Below, in pieces: positions 36,309 through 48,137 of a stretch of DNA of 64,000 bases. The position numbers and the translations under genes were made by a program. Location of the stretch: positions 37,512,001-37,576,000 of the forward strand of contig CM119372.1 of assembly GCA_051294905.1 (NCBI GenBank), given 5' to 3'. The notes under the pieces are model-generated. The model saw nothing but the letters and a program-made list of their open reading frames with translations. It was not told the origin of the DNA and did no database searches. Numbering within the stretch: the first letter of the stretch is position 1; every line of letters begins with the position of its first letter. Source of the DNA: Botryllus schlosseri (taxonomy: Eukaryota).

Positions 36309-39276
36309 ATCCGAAGGTAAGAATTGGTGTTTAAGATTTAGATGTAAATACGAGATTTTCATAGTTTGTTATGGGGAAGTAATGAAGTGTAACGTTATAA
36401 TTTTGGTAAATCGTTAAGAAAAGTGGTGATAGGTATCATGCGTACAAAACAAATCCTTTGGCGCATCGTTTATGATGAGTCCCAAGCACTCCGTATTTCA
36501 CGTAATGGGCGTTAAAGGAAAAAATGTGAGTCATGGTAAGATAGCTATGTAACGAAGCATAAATGAATGGCAGTGCATCGTTTATAATAGGTATCAAGTG
36601 AATTACTTTACGTAATGGGCGTAAACGGAAAAAACTGAAACCTCGTAACTAGAAATCTGCTGAGTCATGAAATATCAATTCGAGAGAAATATAAAAGAGA
36701 AAGGTTGACGTGTAAAAGTACTTAGTCAATAAAGTGATCACCATGAACGGGTAATGTTGGTGTATAGTGCACTAGTTCCCATACATTCAATAAATACGAT
36801 TTATTCCTTGCATATATGGGCGAATAATTGATCCATTCAGCAATCCGGCTCGCCAAGTACTTAATTTTCCAATATCCGGCCCGCCGACTAAAGAAGTTGC
36901 ACGCCCCTGCTCCATAAGAATATCATCGCATTTCCGGTACATCGGCATGAGGCACATGCAAGTTTGAAGTAAATACTCGCAAAATAATTTATAATATAGG
37001 CGCACCCATGAAATATCCCAGCTGCAGGCGATCAATACTGCAGCGATCTGCGCGATTATTAGTACAGTATTTTGTTGGGGTTAGTGTGGCGAGAATTTCA
37101 AACTAGATCTACCCCACTCCCTGATCTATAATCCTAATGCCTAATGCGAGAGTGTTTGAGATATAACCAATGAGATGTAACCAATAAGATATCTCGGTAT
37201 GTAAATAGTATAAACATGCGCATAATGTTTTATAAGAAATGTAATCATCAATCAATCACATTGAGCATCAAGTACGTTGCATTATGATTGCTTGTAAGCT
37301 CTCGTCGCTCAAGGAATGAGGTAGTTGGAGTAGCCAACATTACCAAATACTGCGTCACATGATAGACTACGCTCGGAGACGTCGTGTCTAGACTCAATAG
37401 AATATATATCGGATAAACATTACTGTTGTCATTATTACATCACAAAATCATGTCATTCCAAGTGCTCGTAAAACCGTTGCACAAGCGTGTATTTGATCCT
37501 ACACAGCGTTCATGTTCACTAGGGTTGTTCAGATTTGAAAAATTGTCAGGAAACTTCGACCATTGTGATCCAAATGATGGTTTAGTGCATAAAAACACTT
37601 TTATGAGCAATTTTGGTCATCTTCATCGCGATCTTCCTTTTCCTCAAGGCCCCCAAAGATGCTGAGGTCGTTTCTCCTTACTACAGCTGATACACCAGAG
37701 TGTTTACGGTGACGTAGTGTTCTGTAGTGTTGACCGTGTAACCAGTTTGTAACTTTTGTGAAGTTATCAGTTGAAAACGGTTGTGTAGAAATGAGAAATT
37801 GCAAGGTAATGTATTTGTTTTTAAAACTGTACTTAAATATCGTCTTATACATGTCAGATGTATCTCCGTTTTCTTGTTCAAAACCTGTCTGTCGTGTTCA
37901 TGGGAAGCATTTATTAGTTGCACGGGTGACACTGGTTTGTTATGGATCGTACCTCGAAGGAGCGCCGTTTGGTTGCAAAGTCGTGAACAAATGCAGAGAT
38001 TTGCAACTAGTTTTTAGGCAGTAAATGTTATTGAAAGGTGTATGATATGTAATGTCAGTAACATTTGCCTCATTTTTAGTTTATCTGTAAAGTAACGAGT
38101 TATCTCATTTGATGGTAAAGTGCAATTTAGTAGATGAAGAATGCCTAACACAAAGCGGAGAAAGGTTCTGCCGGATCCACCAAGAACAAGGTCGAAGTCT
38201 GGTCACTATTTGAGCGCTGAGTGTATAAGTCACTCAAAGTTACCGACTCTACGTCAGGTTCTTGAATCTTTGCTATATCTGAAGGAAAACGGCCCTAATA
38301 CCACCAAAACGCAGGAATTTCTTCTTCAAACTGTTCAAGAGGTTACAAGAATATATAATGACAAGAATATATAAGGAAGGAAACGCAGAACATTGTTCCG
38401 ATGCTGTGAAAAGTTCATGAAACTTGAACTGTGTTATATTAAAAAGAACATGGCTCGGTCAAGTGACGTTGAGGGAAAGCGCCAAGCATTTTGTGATAAA
38501 CTCGATAAGTTGTGCGACATTGCGACGCAATATCACTTGTAAAAAGAGATTCGCAGTTGTCACCATCTCAGAAAAACGAAGACATCGAATTTTATGAGGA
38601 CAAATAGTATTCTCGTAGCGCACAACTCGCAGGAAAATATAAGACTTTGAGAGAAGCCAGGCACAGATTCCAACTGAGATCAGTGACGAACCTGTTTCAG
38701 CATATGCGAGCACAAGCAGTGATGAATTTGTCACATTAATGTCCTCGTCATTTGAGATAGAAACCAGTACTCCACCCTCTGATTATGATGCTGCACAATC
38801 AAATATCCTTCACGCTACTCCTATGCTACTTAGGGATTTCATACAGGCATACGGAGGGAATATTGACGCCTTTGTGCAATACATATCAAGTATAAATAGA
38901 CATATAAAGGCTAATCTACCCAATCATGCTGCTATACACTGGGATGGAAAGTTGACAGAAGACAGATTTGGAACAAACTATGAAGCAGTGGCTGTGATAT
39001 TGTCTTCTTATCCTCTGCATACAGATGAAAAATTACCTGGAATTTTTGATAATAACAATTGTCGCAAGTCACGAAAATGTTATAAACGTGCTGATTATTT
39101 TCTGCCATAATCTGCTTCATAAGTTTGATTATGCAAAATGTTCTCACAATAAAATTCATTGAGTTTCAGAAACATACATTACAAGAGCAAGCGTAGTATC
39201 ATGAACTTGTTGCATTTTCACAATTCTGCTTCGTAGGTACCCTTGTCATATTCCACACTATGACAACCTTTTAGAC

Positions 39277-40565
39277 CAGTGGTTCCCAACCTTTTTCGAC
39301 TCATCGCCCCCTTTTCAAAATCCAGACCGATCATCGCCCCCCAAATATTGGGAACCGAAAAATGGGCATACAGACTGAAATAACCGGCGAGTTGACTAAG
39401 AAAAAGGGTCAACTTTTCGGCTCGACCTCGAAATTACATTTTTCCAGCTAAATTTTGGTGAGTTGACTAACAGAAAAGGTAATTTCTCCGACTTGATTCC
39501 AATAGGACCGTAACGGCACTTCGTCATCCCCCACCCCAATACGTTGGTCTTGAACCTCCTCCATAGGGCGATAAAGCAAACTTCTGCACCCCTCAGACCC
39601 AACTCCCCCGATACCTCTTCACCGCTACTTCTCAGCACAAATTTTTGTTGTCTTTAGTTGGTCAGCTTAATTCGCGCGAAGCGCGAAAAATTTCTATCAT
39701 TCATGATTGAATCGGTCAATATGATCGGGAATTGCATATATATTGCTGTCAATTTTTTATCCTCTCTTGGCTCATGTATTCAGATTTACCGGTAAAGCTG
39801 AGTAAGGTGTCTTGGAAAATGTAGGGCCAGTGGGTATAATTACTTCGTTACGTAATGACATTTCGTGGCCTGTCTGCTGTGTCAAAAGATATTAAAATCG
39901 CCCATACGTACTAAACTAAAAAACGCTCACGATTTCAAATTTGTATTTCTGCACTGGCAATTAATTTTTCTCTGCGAGATGGCATTTTTTGTGGGGTTTT
40001 GATTGCCAGGACAGAAACATTTGGCGCCCATGGACAATTAAATCTGTATATGTATATAGTATTTATATCAAAGTTGGTCAGCATAAAGGCAGTCCTTTTC
40101 CGCCAAGGTTTTCTCATTCTGGCACACTTCTCAGAGTCGCATGTTACATGGCCTGAAACTTTATATGTATTGGTGCGATAATGGCTGACGCCGAGATGCC
40201 CATTTCTATAACTCATGCGTATTATTTCTTGGAGGAAGGGTAACCAATAAGCAATAAATATGTGACCATGAAATGGCGCGTAGCGCGAAATTATTTGGAA
40301 AAAGTTGCCTTAATTTCCAGAATAATACTTTATTATTTAATTAATGTTAATTCGCGAAAAAACTGTGGGCCCCCCATCCCAATTGAGGGTTTGGGTGTGG
40401 CAGTTATGGTCATGATCGCCAATATAGCCATTTCAACGCGCAATCGCCCCCCTATCGCCCCCTTCGTCCATTTTCGCCCCCCTATCGCCCCCTTGGCTAT
40501 TTTCGCCCCCCTGGACCGACAAATCGCCCCCTGGGGGGCGATATCGCCCACGTTGGGAACCACTG
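39277..40565. mobile_element. hAT MITE (CAGTGGTTCCCAAC TIR)
   Basis: Perfect TSD TTTTAGAC at 39269-39276 and 40566-40573, with ATCGCCCCC subterminal repeats. Confidence 0.92.
39503..40414 (-). mobile_element. Probable nested element with (C/T)AGGACCGTAAC termini
   Basis: TAGGACCGTAACGGCAC...GTGGCAGTTATGGTCATG. The body is the reverse complement of about 41374-42190. TSD is degenerate. Confidence 0.55.
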
Positions 40566-40882
40566 TTTTAGACTGATTGAACAGGACGGTCCTGCGTTTT
40601 CGTCGTCTTCGGGCAGTAAGTGAACTGGAATATTGAGCAGTGAACTTGACTCTTGCTCTTTGCAGGACGGGTACAACCCTTCTCCGCATTGTTTCAGATA
40701 TTCTTCAACTAAAATCCGGTCCTTTATCAAATTAGATAACTCATTACTTTACAAATGAACTGAAATTGGGGCGGAGACACTGGCATTGCACATTACATTC
40801 CTACTTATCCGTTCACCAACGTTAACGGAGTAAAAACAACCTGGAAATGCATGCATTTGTTTCATTCATATAGCCTGACCAG

Positions 40883-42354
40883 CAATGTTCCCTCTAAGCT
40901 GCGCACGTGCGCAAATGCGCAGTGCTGAAGCGATCTCTGCGCACAGAAAATCTAAGTTGCGCACAGAAAATCCGAAGTGATGTTTTTTTTAAGTCGTTGC
41001 GCACTGTTGTCCAAGGGACCACGCAGGCGTGCAAACTCGTGAAAAATTAGAGGGAACATTGCCAGGGGCAAATAGTGTTACCGCTGAAGTCTTACACCGA
41101 GCTACAAGTGCGGCCCACAAAGGTAAATATTGCGCTCCGTGAAGAAATGAGACTTTGCCATCACGAGCGCCTACCGAACAATCTTTTCTTTTAGTATGGT
41201 CTCGTACGCGTGAGCGATACTGATATCACTTCAATAGCGCAATATTTTCTGGGAATGGCGAAATAACATGGTTTAACAAAGTTATAAATAACAATGGGCT
41301 AGCTCGAAATTAATCTGCGAGAAACTAGCGCATAGTCTTCTCCGCGTGTCATGAACATTGCGTAAGATTTCATCAGGACCGTAACTGCCGCACCCAAACC
41401 CTCAATTAGCGGGCCGAGAACGAAGGGAGCCCAAAATTATTTCGTGAATTAATATAAACCATGGTGTATTTTGGGGGAATTTTTCAAAGTATTTTTCGCG
41501 CCGCGCGCGAATTAATTTTGTCAAATATCTTGATTATTGGGTACCCTTCCCACAACAAAAAATACGCGTGATTAAGAGGAATGGGCACTTAGGCGTCGGC
41601 CATTTCCTTGCCACGAAGCACCAAGACATATGTAGTTATAGGCTATGTGACATGCGAACTTCGAGAAGTGCGCCAAAACGATCAGCTGCGAGAAAACCTT
41701 GGCCGAAAAGGACTGCCCTATATGCTGACCGAAAACTTCGATTCATATAACTTTAATTGTCCATAGGCGCGTAAATGGCTGGCGCTGAATGTTCATGTGC
41801 TGGCGATCCGAGTCCCACAACAAGACAAATGCGATGTCGAGAGAACATTATTTGCCAGTAGAGAAATACCAATTTTAAATCGTGTTCGTGTTTTAGTTTA
41901 GTACGTTTGAGCGATTTCAATGTCTTTTGACATAGCCGATTGGAAATCACGAAATAGCATCATGTAACGAAGCCATTATACCAACGGGTGCGCGCGAAGA
42001 TGTTTAATTAATATTTAGAGGACCTACCTTTTCTAATACACCTCACTCGAACAGCTTTACCGGTGAATCTGATTATGTGAGCAGAGAGAGGATAAAATGG
42101 ATAGCAATAGATATATGCTATGCAATTCCCGATCATATTGACCGATTCAATCATGAATCATATAAAATTTTCGCGCTTCGCGCGTTCAGCCGAGACAACC
42201 ACCAAACCGGCCCCCGATGCAGATGATAAGTATCGGCAAAAAGTGCAGAGCCCGATAGGGGGGTCTGGGGGGCTGGTTGCGCACTATTGTCCAAGGGCCT
42301 GCGCAGTGAGTTGACGTGTTTGCGCAGACTCGTGAAAAATTAGAGGGAACATTG
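40883..42354 (+). mobile_element. Non-autonomous relative of the 16732-21017 hAT
   Basis: Perfect TIR CAATGTTCCCTCTAA/TTAGAGGGAACATTG and perfect TSD CTGACCAG. Confidence 0.93.
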
Positions 42355-44269
42355 CTGACCAGCTGTAGCAATGGGCCTGGAGATTACAACACATGTACCA
42401 GAAGGTCGCACTGGCATATGTAGTTCAATACCTTTGTCAAAAAAGATGTATTACCTTGATTTTTCTCACCTATAGACGGTCGTTTTCAACTGCAAACTTC
42501 ACTAACGGTACAATATCACCTCGGGGCTCTGCATTACAATAAGAGCTACGTATAAATAGTCTGGGGAATCCCCAATAATTAGGAGAATTGGCCTCTGATA
42601 TTTGGGGGCTTTGAGGAAAAGGAAGATCACGACGAAGATGACCAAAATTGCTCAAAAAAGTGTTTTTGTGTACTAAACCATCATTTGGATCACAATGGTC
42701 GAAGTTTCCTGAGAATTTTTGAAATCTGAACAACCCTAATGTTCACACATAACAAAAGCGATCGTATTCCGTGAACAGCGAACAACGTATGCTTCTTGAA
42801 GCTTGCACAGATCACGATAAAATGTATAAAACACTAAAGTATGGAAGTATGGAAATGTCGTTCCATACCATAGATTAAAATCTTCCATTCCATACCATAC
42901 TTGCATTGTTCCATATTCCATACCAAAATATCGATCCATACCATACCATACTTCCATACCATACCATACCATACCATGCCCTGCTCGAAACACGCCATAG
43001 TTCACTTGAGTCACTTGTTTTCGAATATGCCAAGTCGTTTATTGTACTGTGGCATGACATTATAATTATTTGATATTATTTGATATGCTGAAAGCTTTAT
43101 CATGAAGTACAGACAAAGCACTATCGGAACAGTGTATACGAGGTGCAGAACAATAAAAGTATCATGAAGTGTTAGGGAGGGGGGTCTGGGGGGCGAAGCC
43201 CCCCAGAAGTTGCGATAATTTAGATAAGGAGAGCCCCCCCCCCCCCGGAAGTATCGCCTAGGGCCCCCCCCAATCGTAAGGCCACCACTGATAGTCGATG
43301 GTTAAAGTATTAGTGGAAGTGAAAAATGCCGGTCTGAAAAGTGCGTGAGTCGGTAGTTCTCAAAGGTAATTTCGAAATTACATAATACATAACTACGAAT
43401 CGGTTTAATTTTTGAAAATATATCCAATTACCTGGTTTATGGGATATTAGATATGACATATAAAACATATGAAACTACTCCGTACTTTACAAATCATAAT
43501 TGTAAATACGTCTAAATTTGACCAATACTCGGTTAAATAGAATTGGAAGTACTTTAAAAACATATCCCACTGGGTACGTAGGCTACTCGACGTAGGCAAG
43601 ATCTAGTAGCATATTAAGAGAAAGTCGAAGTGCACTGAAGATAAATAAGCACCGAGAATTCTAGCGATAGGTCGGGTTGATATTGAAATGAACCAAAGAA
43701 ACGTGACTTCCAAAAAATATAGTTAGCGTCAAGAACTAAATTCAGGTAGACTCAAGAGAAGCTGCTTTATACCTTATGGTCTTTGGTAGCTACTGATCGA
43801 CTTGTGAAAATTTTATTCCTCAACTGGATTGACTTGTTCACTATTGGTCTATTGCACACTTCTTGTCCATTTGCGTATCAATGTGAATGGAAATAGTAGT
43901 CTTTTCTGTGGTCGATAGGTTATATTATTACTATTGCAGATATTGCAGTGTGCCGAACACTCTAAGGTTTGGTCGATACCTTCGACTTTCATCGCAAAAT
44001 CCTCACAAAAAAAACATTTATAAGCTTGCTCATTTTAAGTTACTAGATTCATAGAATACCAGAAGCAAAACTTTACGTGCAATGTAATAAGGATAAATTG
44101 ATCAATCATTTGTAGCGTGTAAAATCTTTCTACATGGTTCAATCGAGTTTATTGCACTAACATAACTTCGATAGTGTTATCCGAGAAAGTCAAACTTCAG
44201 AGAGAAAGTGTACAACACAACACGAGGTACATCTACAAGTACAACACCACAGCACTGTGACGAGTAGAC

Positions 44270-45625
44270 TAGCGTTGGGACCCCGGGAAATCCCGATCCC
44301 GGGATCCCGGGATTTGAAGCAATCCCGATCCCGGGATTACTACCAATGAAATCCTGGGATTTGTAAAAAGCATTTTCCAAGGCTTACGTAGCGCCATATC
44401 TCTTATTTTGGTAATAAAGCAATGTCACAAACTCTGTTGATTGTCTAAAACAATTCACAATTATTTGATATTAAAGCCAGCTATCCTTCAAAAAGGAATT
44501 ATTCAGTCACCTCATCTCCCATTACCGATGATCTGCTTGTCTCACACCAAATTTGTAGTTTCTTTAGTATTTTATTTTATTTTTATGCTGAGCTGAATTG
44601 ATTGATCCCAACCAATGCATCCAAATTTATGACACAATATCTGTATTTGTTAATGCAGGGTGTGATCAGACCAGTTGACCCTACCCAGAGTCATATCGGT
44701 CACACCCTGTCCTATACCGTTAAGTTCATTTATTGTTGTCTCATGTGCCAATGATGTTTTCATTACGGTTGGACAAATCAATAAATATCTCTCTCTCTCT
44801 CTCTCTATCGCATAACAATGTACTACACAATCACTTCCGTCGTAGTCTACGAATCGTAGCAGTGTAACTGAGTATCGGACGGTGCTGTGGAGGACGATGC
44901 TGTGGAGGTGAAATACAGGTTGAATAATAACGAATTTCGAAGATGTCAATGCAAAGAAAAAATCACATGTTTAGCGAAACTGTTTGTTTTTTAAATCTAC
45001 ATAAAAAGCCAAATGCCACTTGTGTCAAGACGTTTTAAAAGCTTCAGTGTCTAGCACAAAGGTACTAATAACGCATTTAAGGTCCGTACAAATGATAGTA
45101 ATTAAATCATGCATGATTCAATCGGACACGTCAAAGAAAGATCAGCTAAAAATAAAGATGAGGAAGTTCGATTCCTATAAAATAAATCGCATTTATTCAA
45201 TTACCCAAAGTGAGTGAATTCGTCGGGCCTTTTGGCTATGACTTGTCAAGATGTCGCAAACGGGTTCGTGACTTGGTGATCGAGCACAGCAAATAAATCC
45301 GTAAGTGTGTGGAAGAAGAGCTTATAGCAATGAAACGCAGCATTGGACGTTTTTCGGTCACGTTTGACGAATCAAATTCTTCACGAAACAGGCGGTACAT
45401 GAATTTAAACGCTCATTATCCGGGTGGCCTTCGGTCGCTGGGTTTCATTCGTATTCACGGGAGCATGTTTTTTCGTCAATACTGCAAGGAATAAATGTTG
45501 TGTGTGTAGCTTGTATGGGTATTTTACTTCTTTGCTAATCCCGGGAAATCCCGGGATTGAGAAGCGCAAATCCCGGGAAATCCCGATCCCGGGATTTCAA
45601 ATTTGATCCCGAAGTCCCAACCCTA
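44270..45625 (+). mobile_element. Internally deleted hAT (Ac-like) element
   Basis: TAGCGTTGGGAC...GTCCCAACCCTA with a perfect TSD GAGTAGAC and TCCCGGGA subterminal repeats. BED-finger remnant (KCHLC...THL) near 45010 and FSVTFDE...RYMNLNAH near 45350. Confidence 0.9.
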
Positions 45626-46983
45626 GAGTAGACTATACGGGAGTACATTACATTTATGATGTCTTGGCGCAAAAGCAATATAAACATGATCTCATAACCG
45701 AAAATAAGGACATACCGGCCGAATATAAGGACAGAACGCAAACTCAAGACGGATGATGGAAATAAGGTCAATGTAATTTTTATCAGACATCCCACTTACC
45801 AATAAGTACGATTCTGAGGAATCAGGACGGTATAGCGAACCTGCTTGCCAATAAAATAGCATAATGGCGGAGCGTCCGACTTCTTCCCGCTTGGCGCTCA
45901 GCATTTCTGAGATAACATGAAAGGGCAAGGGCAAACCTTAGAAAGTCTTCGAAGGCGATTTCTGAACCCTCCTTGTCCAGCTGCATATGTACATGTTGCA
46001 CTCATGGCATATGCACATCAACAATGCCACGAAACATCTGGGACAATAATAAAAAAACGTCCATATTTCACATATAACAATAAATCACTAGCCTCAGAGA
46101 AAATTGCAAAATTAAAAAATCCACGTCCAATAGTTCGGCGTCCGTGATTGAAAATATTATTCGAAATAACGATTGCAGAGAAGTGAGGCCGTCGAGAGCT
46201 ATTAGGAATTATTGGAGATATTGCGGATCACATTTTGAACATTTATTTCCTCTACTGATGACTTGCCTCTCTTTTTTATTATTCAATAAACTGATCGACT
46301 CAACTTAGCCGTTGATGGTTATATTGGGTGGCTAAAGAAAAACTAGTCGGTTTGATCTAAGCGTAAGCAGTCAGCAAATAATTAATACACCGTCAATATT
46401 GCATCCCGTAGAACAGATTGACTCATACAATAAGTCCACTCTGAATGACGAATTAGGTGACTTTAATGAAATCATCTTATAAAACTATATTGTCGGGATG
46501 AGGCAAGAAATGACTACTTTGTCCTGGACTTCAACAAGAATATAAAGTCGAAATTTTTATTTCCTGTATTTTCCCATATCGTTCTGGGGTTGTACTTTTA
46601 TGTGATGTTCGCCTGAAACATCAAGCGATATCCTGAACGTGTATTCCGATTGCAATCAGAAGAGATTTATTCAATATAATGCTTGGACATTATGTCAACA
46701 TATTATATACACATAAGCGACAACGCTATCGCTTAACGGATGGCATAAATATGGTATCATATGAATATCAAATGGTATTTTAGCAATACATGGCTTTGTT
46801 TATTTCTACGACAATAATCTCAATCTGCAATCAATTTGCGTCTCTGTGTATTACGATAAAGATGAACACTTAATCCATTTACTTTCAAAGCAGTAGCTCT
46901 TGCTCCCTTGATGACCAAAATTGCTGTCGTGGTGGGATTTCCGATCCGAAACGTTTTATGCGGAAAATCATTTCGCAATAGAG

Positions 46984-47519
46984 CAGGGGCGGGCAACTTC
47001 TCCAGTCGGCGGGCCGGATATCGGAAAATTAAATACTTGGCGGGCCGGATTGCTGAATCGATACATTATTCGCTCATTTATCCACATATACATAGAATAA
47101 ATCGTCTTTAATTAATGTATTTCAACGAAAGTAATTTCAATGCCATTTGTCGCCGACAATGACGAAAACAATGTGGATTTCCGAACATCATTGTCATACA
47201 GCCGCCGCCATGTCTGCTTCTCTATGATCAATTAACACACGGTGCAATCGATAATTAAGATTTCCAGGCGTTCGATAAGCCCGGTGACCCAAATTTATCA
47301 TGGTAAATGCCGATAATGCAAGCCTTCTCGCTACGACGAACTTACGCGCAAGTCGTGCGTCGTAAGTTCACGCACATTGCGCACATACGTATGTAATGAC
47401 ATACAGTCACTAAAATTTGACGTAAGCAAGTAGTGGGGAATCTCGGCAAACTGGGGCCGCGGGCCATATAATCATGTAAGACGGGAAACCGTCCGTGGGC
47501 CGTATGTTTCCCGCCCCTG
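46984..47519 (+). mobile_element. hAT MITE, CAGGGGCGGGCAAC family
   Basis: TIRs present with a perfect TSD CAATAGAG. Confidence 0.92.
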
Positions 47520-47880
47520 CAATAGAGGATCGTTGGTCGGCACTTATTCATGTCATATACTAGGGATGGTGTGAACCTCTGAAAGGTTCAGGTTCGGGTG
47601 AACGCGAACCTTTTTGAAAGGTTCTGTGTGAACGCGAACGTGAAGTGATGGCCTAAATTATTGTACACTATACCTAGCGACGTCTCGAGCTACATAACGC
47701 CACAATGCTGAAGTACATATTAACGTTTTAAACGTCGTCAAATGTATTAACTGGGGCAATCAAATGATATAATAATACCGTAAAATCAATATGTTGCGTC
47801 GCTATGCATACAATTTCGACGAGGACTTGCAAGGGAATATAAGCTTACGCATTGACGGTCCAGGCCAGAACGGAAAATGT

Positions 47881-48137
47881 GTGTGAAGAGATAGCGCAGT
47901 GGTATAATCCGCGGCTGCAACACCAATTGGTTGCGGGTTCGAGTCCGACCGAGGTCGACTTCAGAATGTTTATACCCAGGTGTAGGAGGTTTTTCTAGGC
48001 GTAAGCGGTGTCTTACAACCAGCCTAGAAGTCGACCGTGCTATAAGTCGGCAGTTATGGAATAAAAATGAAGAATATTGGTCTGGTGTAAATGACCATAG
48101 TAGTCGACAAACACCATGAATACCACAAAACAAACAA
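47881..48137 (+). mobile_element. tRNA-derived SINE
   Basis: Pol III A box TAGCGCAGTGG and B box GGTTCGAGTCC, a unique body and a (CAAA)n tail. Degenerate TSD (..GGAAAATGT/..TGACAATGT). The empty site is at about 11285. Confidence 0.85.

Larger units (their letters stand above)
24345..36779. mobile_element. Unclassified 12.4-kb insertion with a 9-bp TSD, GG...CC ends and decayed coding cargo
   Basis: CATACATTC is duplicated at 24336-24344 and 36780-36788, and the host MITE rejoins across it. No convincing TIR. Confidence 0.7.
23893..36909 (-). mobile_element. CAGGGGCGGGCAAC-family MITE split by a 12.4-kb insertion
   Basis: 23893-24344 joined to 36789-36909 reconstructs a reverse copy of the 4525/46984 family. 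TSD GTCCACAA/CTCCATAA (6/8). Confidence 0.8.
37520..42738 (+). mobile_element. Defective hAT-related (hATm-like) element with long TIRs
   Basis: Inverted ends of about 140 bp starting TAGGGTTGTTCAGATTT, with a perfect TSD ATGTTCAC. Transposase remnants KLPTLRQVL (38141 ORF) and IHWDGKL (38739 ORF). Confidence 0.85.
23520..42983. mobile_element. hAT-type MITE with (ATGGT)n subterminal repeats, inflated by nested inserts
   Basis: CAGGGCATGGTATGG...CCATACCATGCCCTG with a perfect TSD CTCGAAAC at 23512-23519 and 42984-42991. Confidence 0.9.
15984..43290 (+). mobile_element. Large non-autonomous hAT-like element (CAGTGGTGGC TIR, 5-bp TSD); outer shell of nest 2
   Basis: CAGTGGTGGCTT...AAGGCCACCACTG flanked by ATAGT on both sides. 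A second copy starts at 61008. A remnant MPRVQAKCKSGSQKRK near 22584 resembles the SGxQKRK N-terminus of ZMYM-type hAT transposases. Confidence 0.8.

Noticed and set aside
24345..36779. Polinton/Maverick or LTR retrotransposon assignment for the 12.4-kb insertion
   Set aside because: There are no long TIRs with AG...CT ends or 6-bp TSD, no TG...CA LTR pair or 4-6 bp TSD, and no polB, integrase or RT motifs were recognised.
47886..47960. Functional tRNA gene
   Set aside because: A and B boxes are present, but there is no convincing acceptor stem, and the sequence continues into a SINE body and tail with a second degenerate copy.
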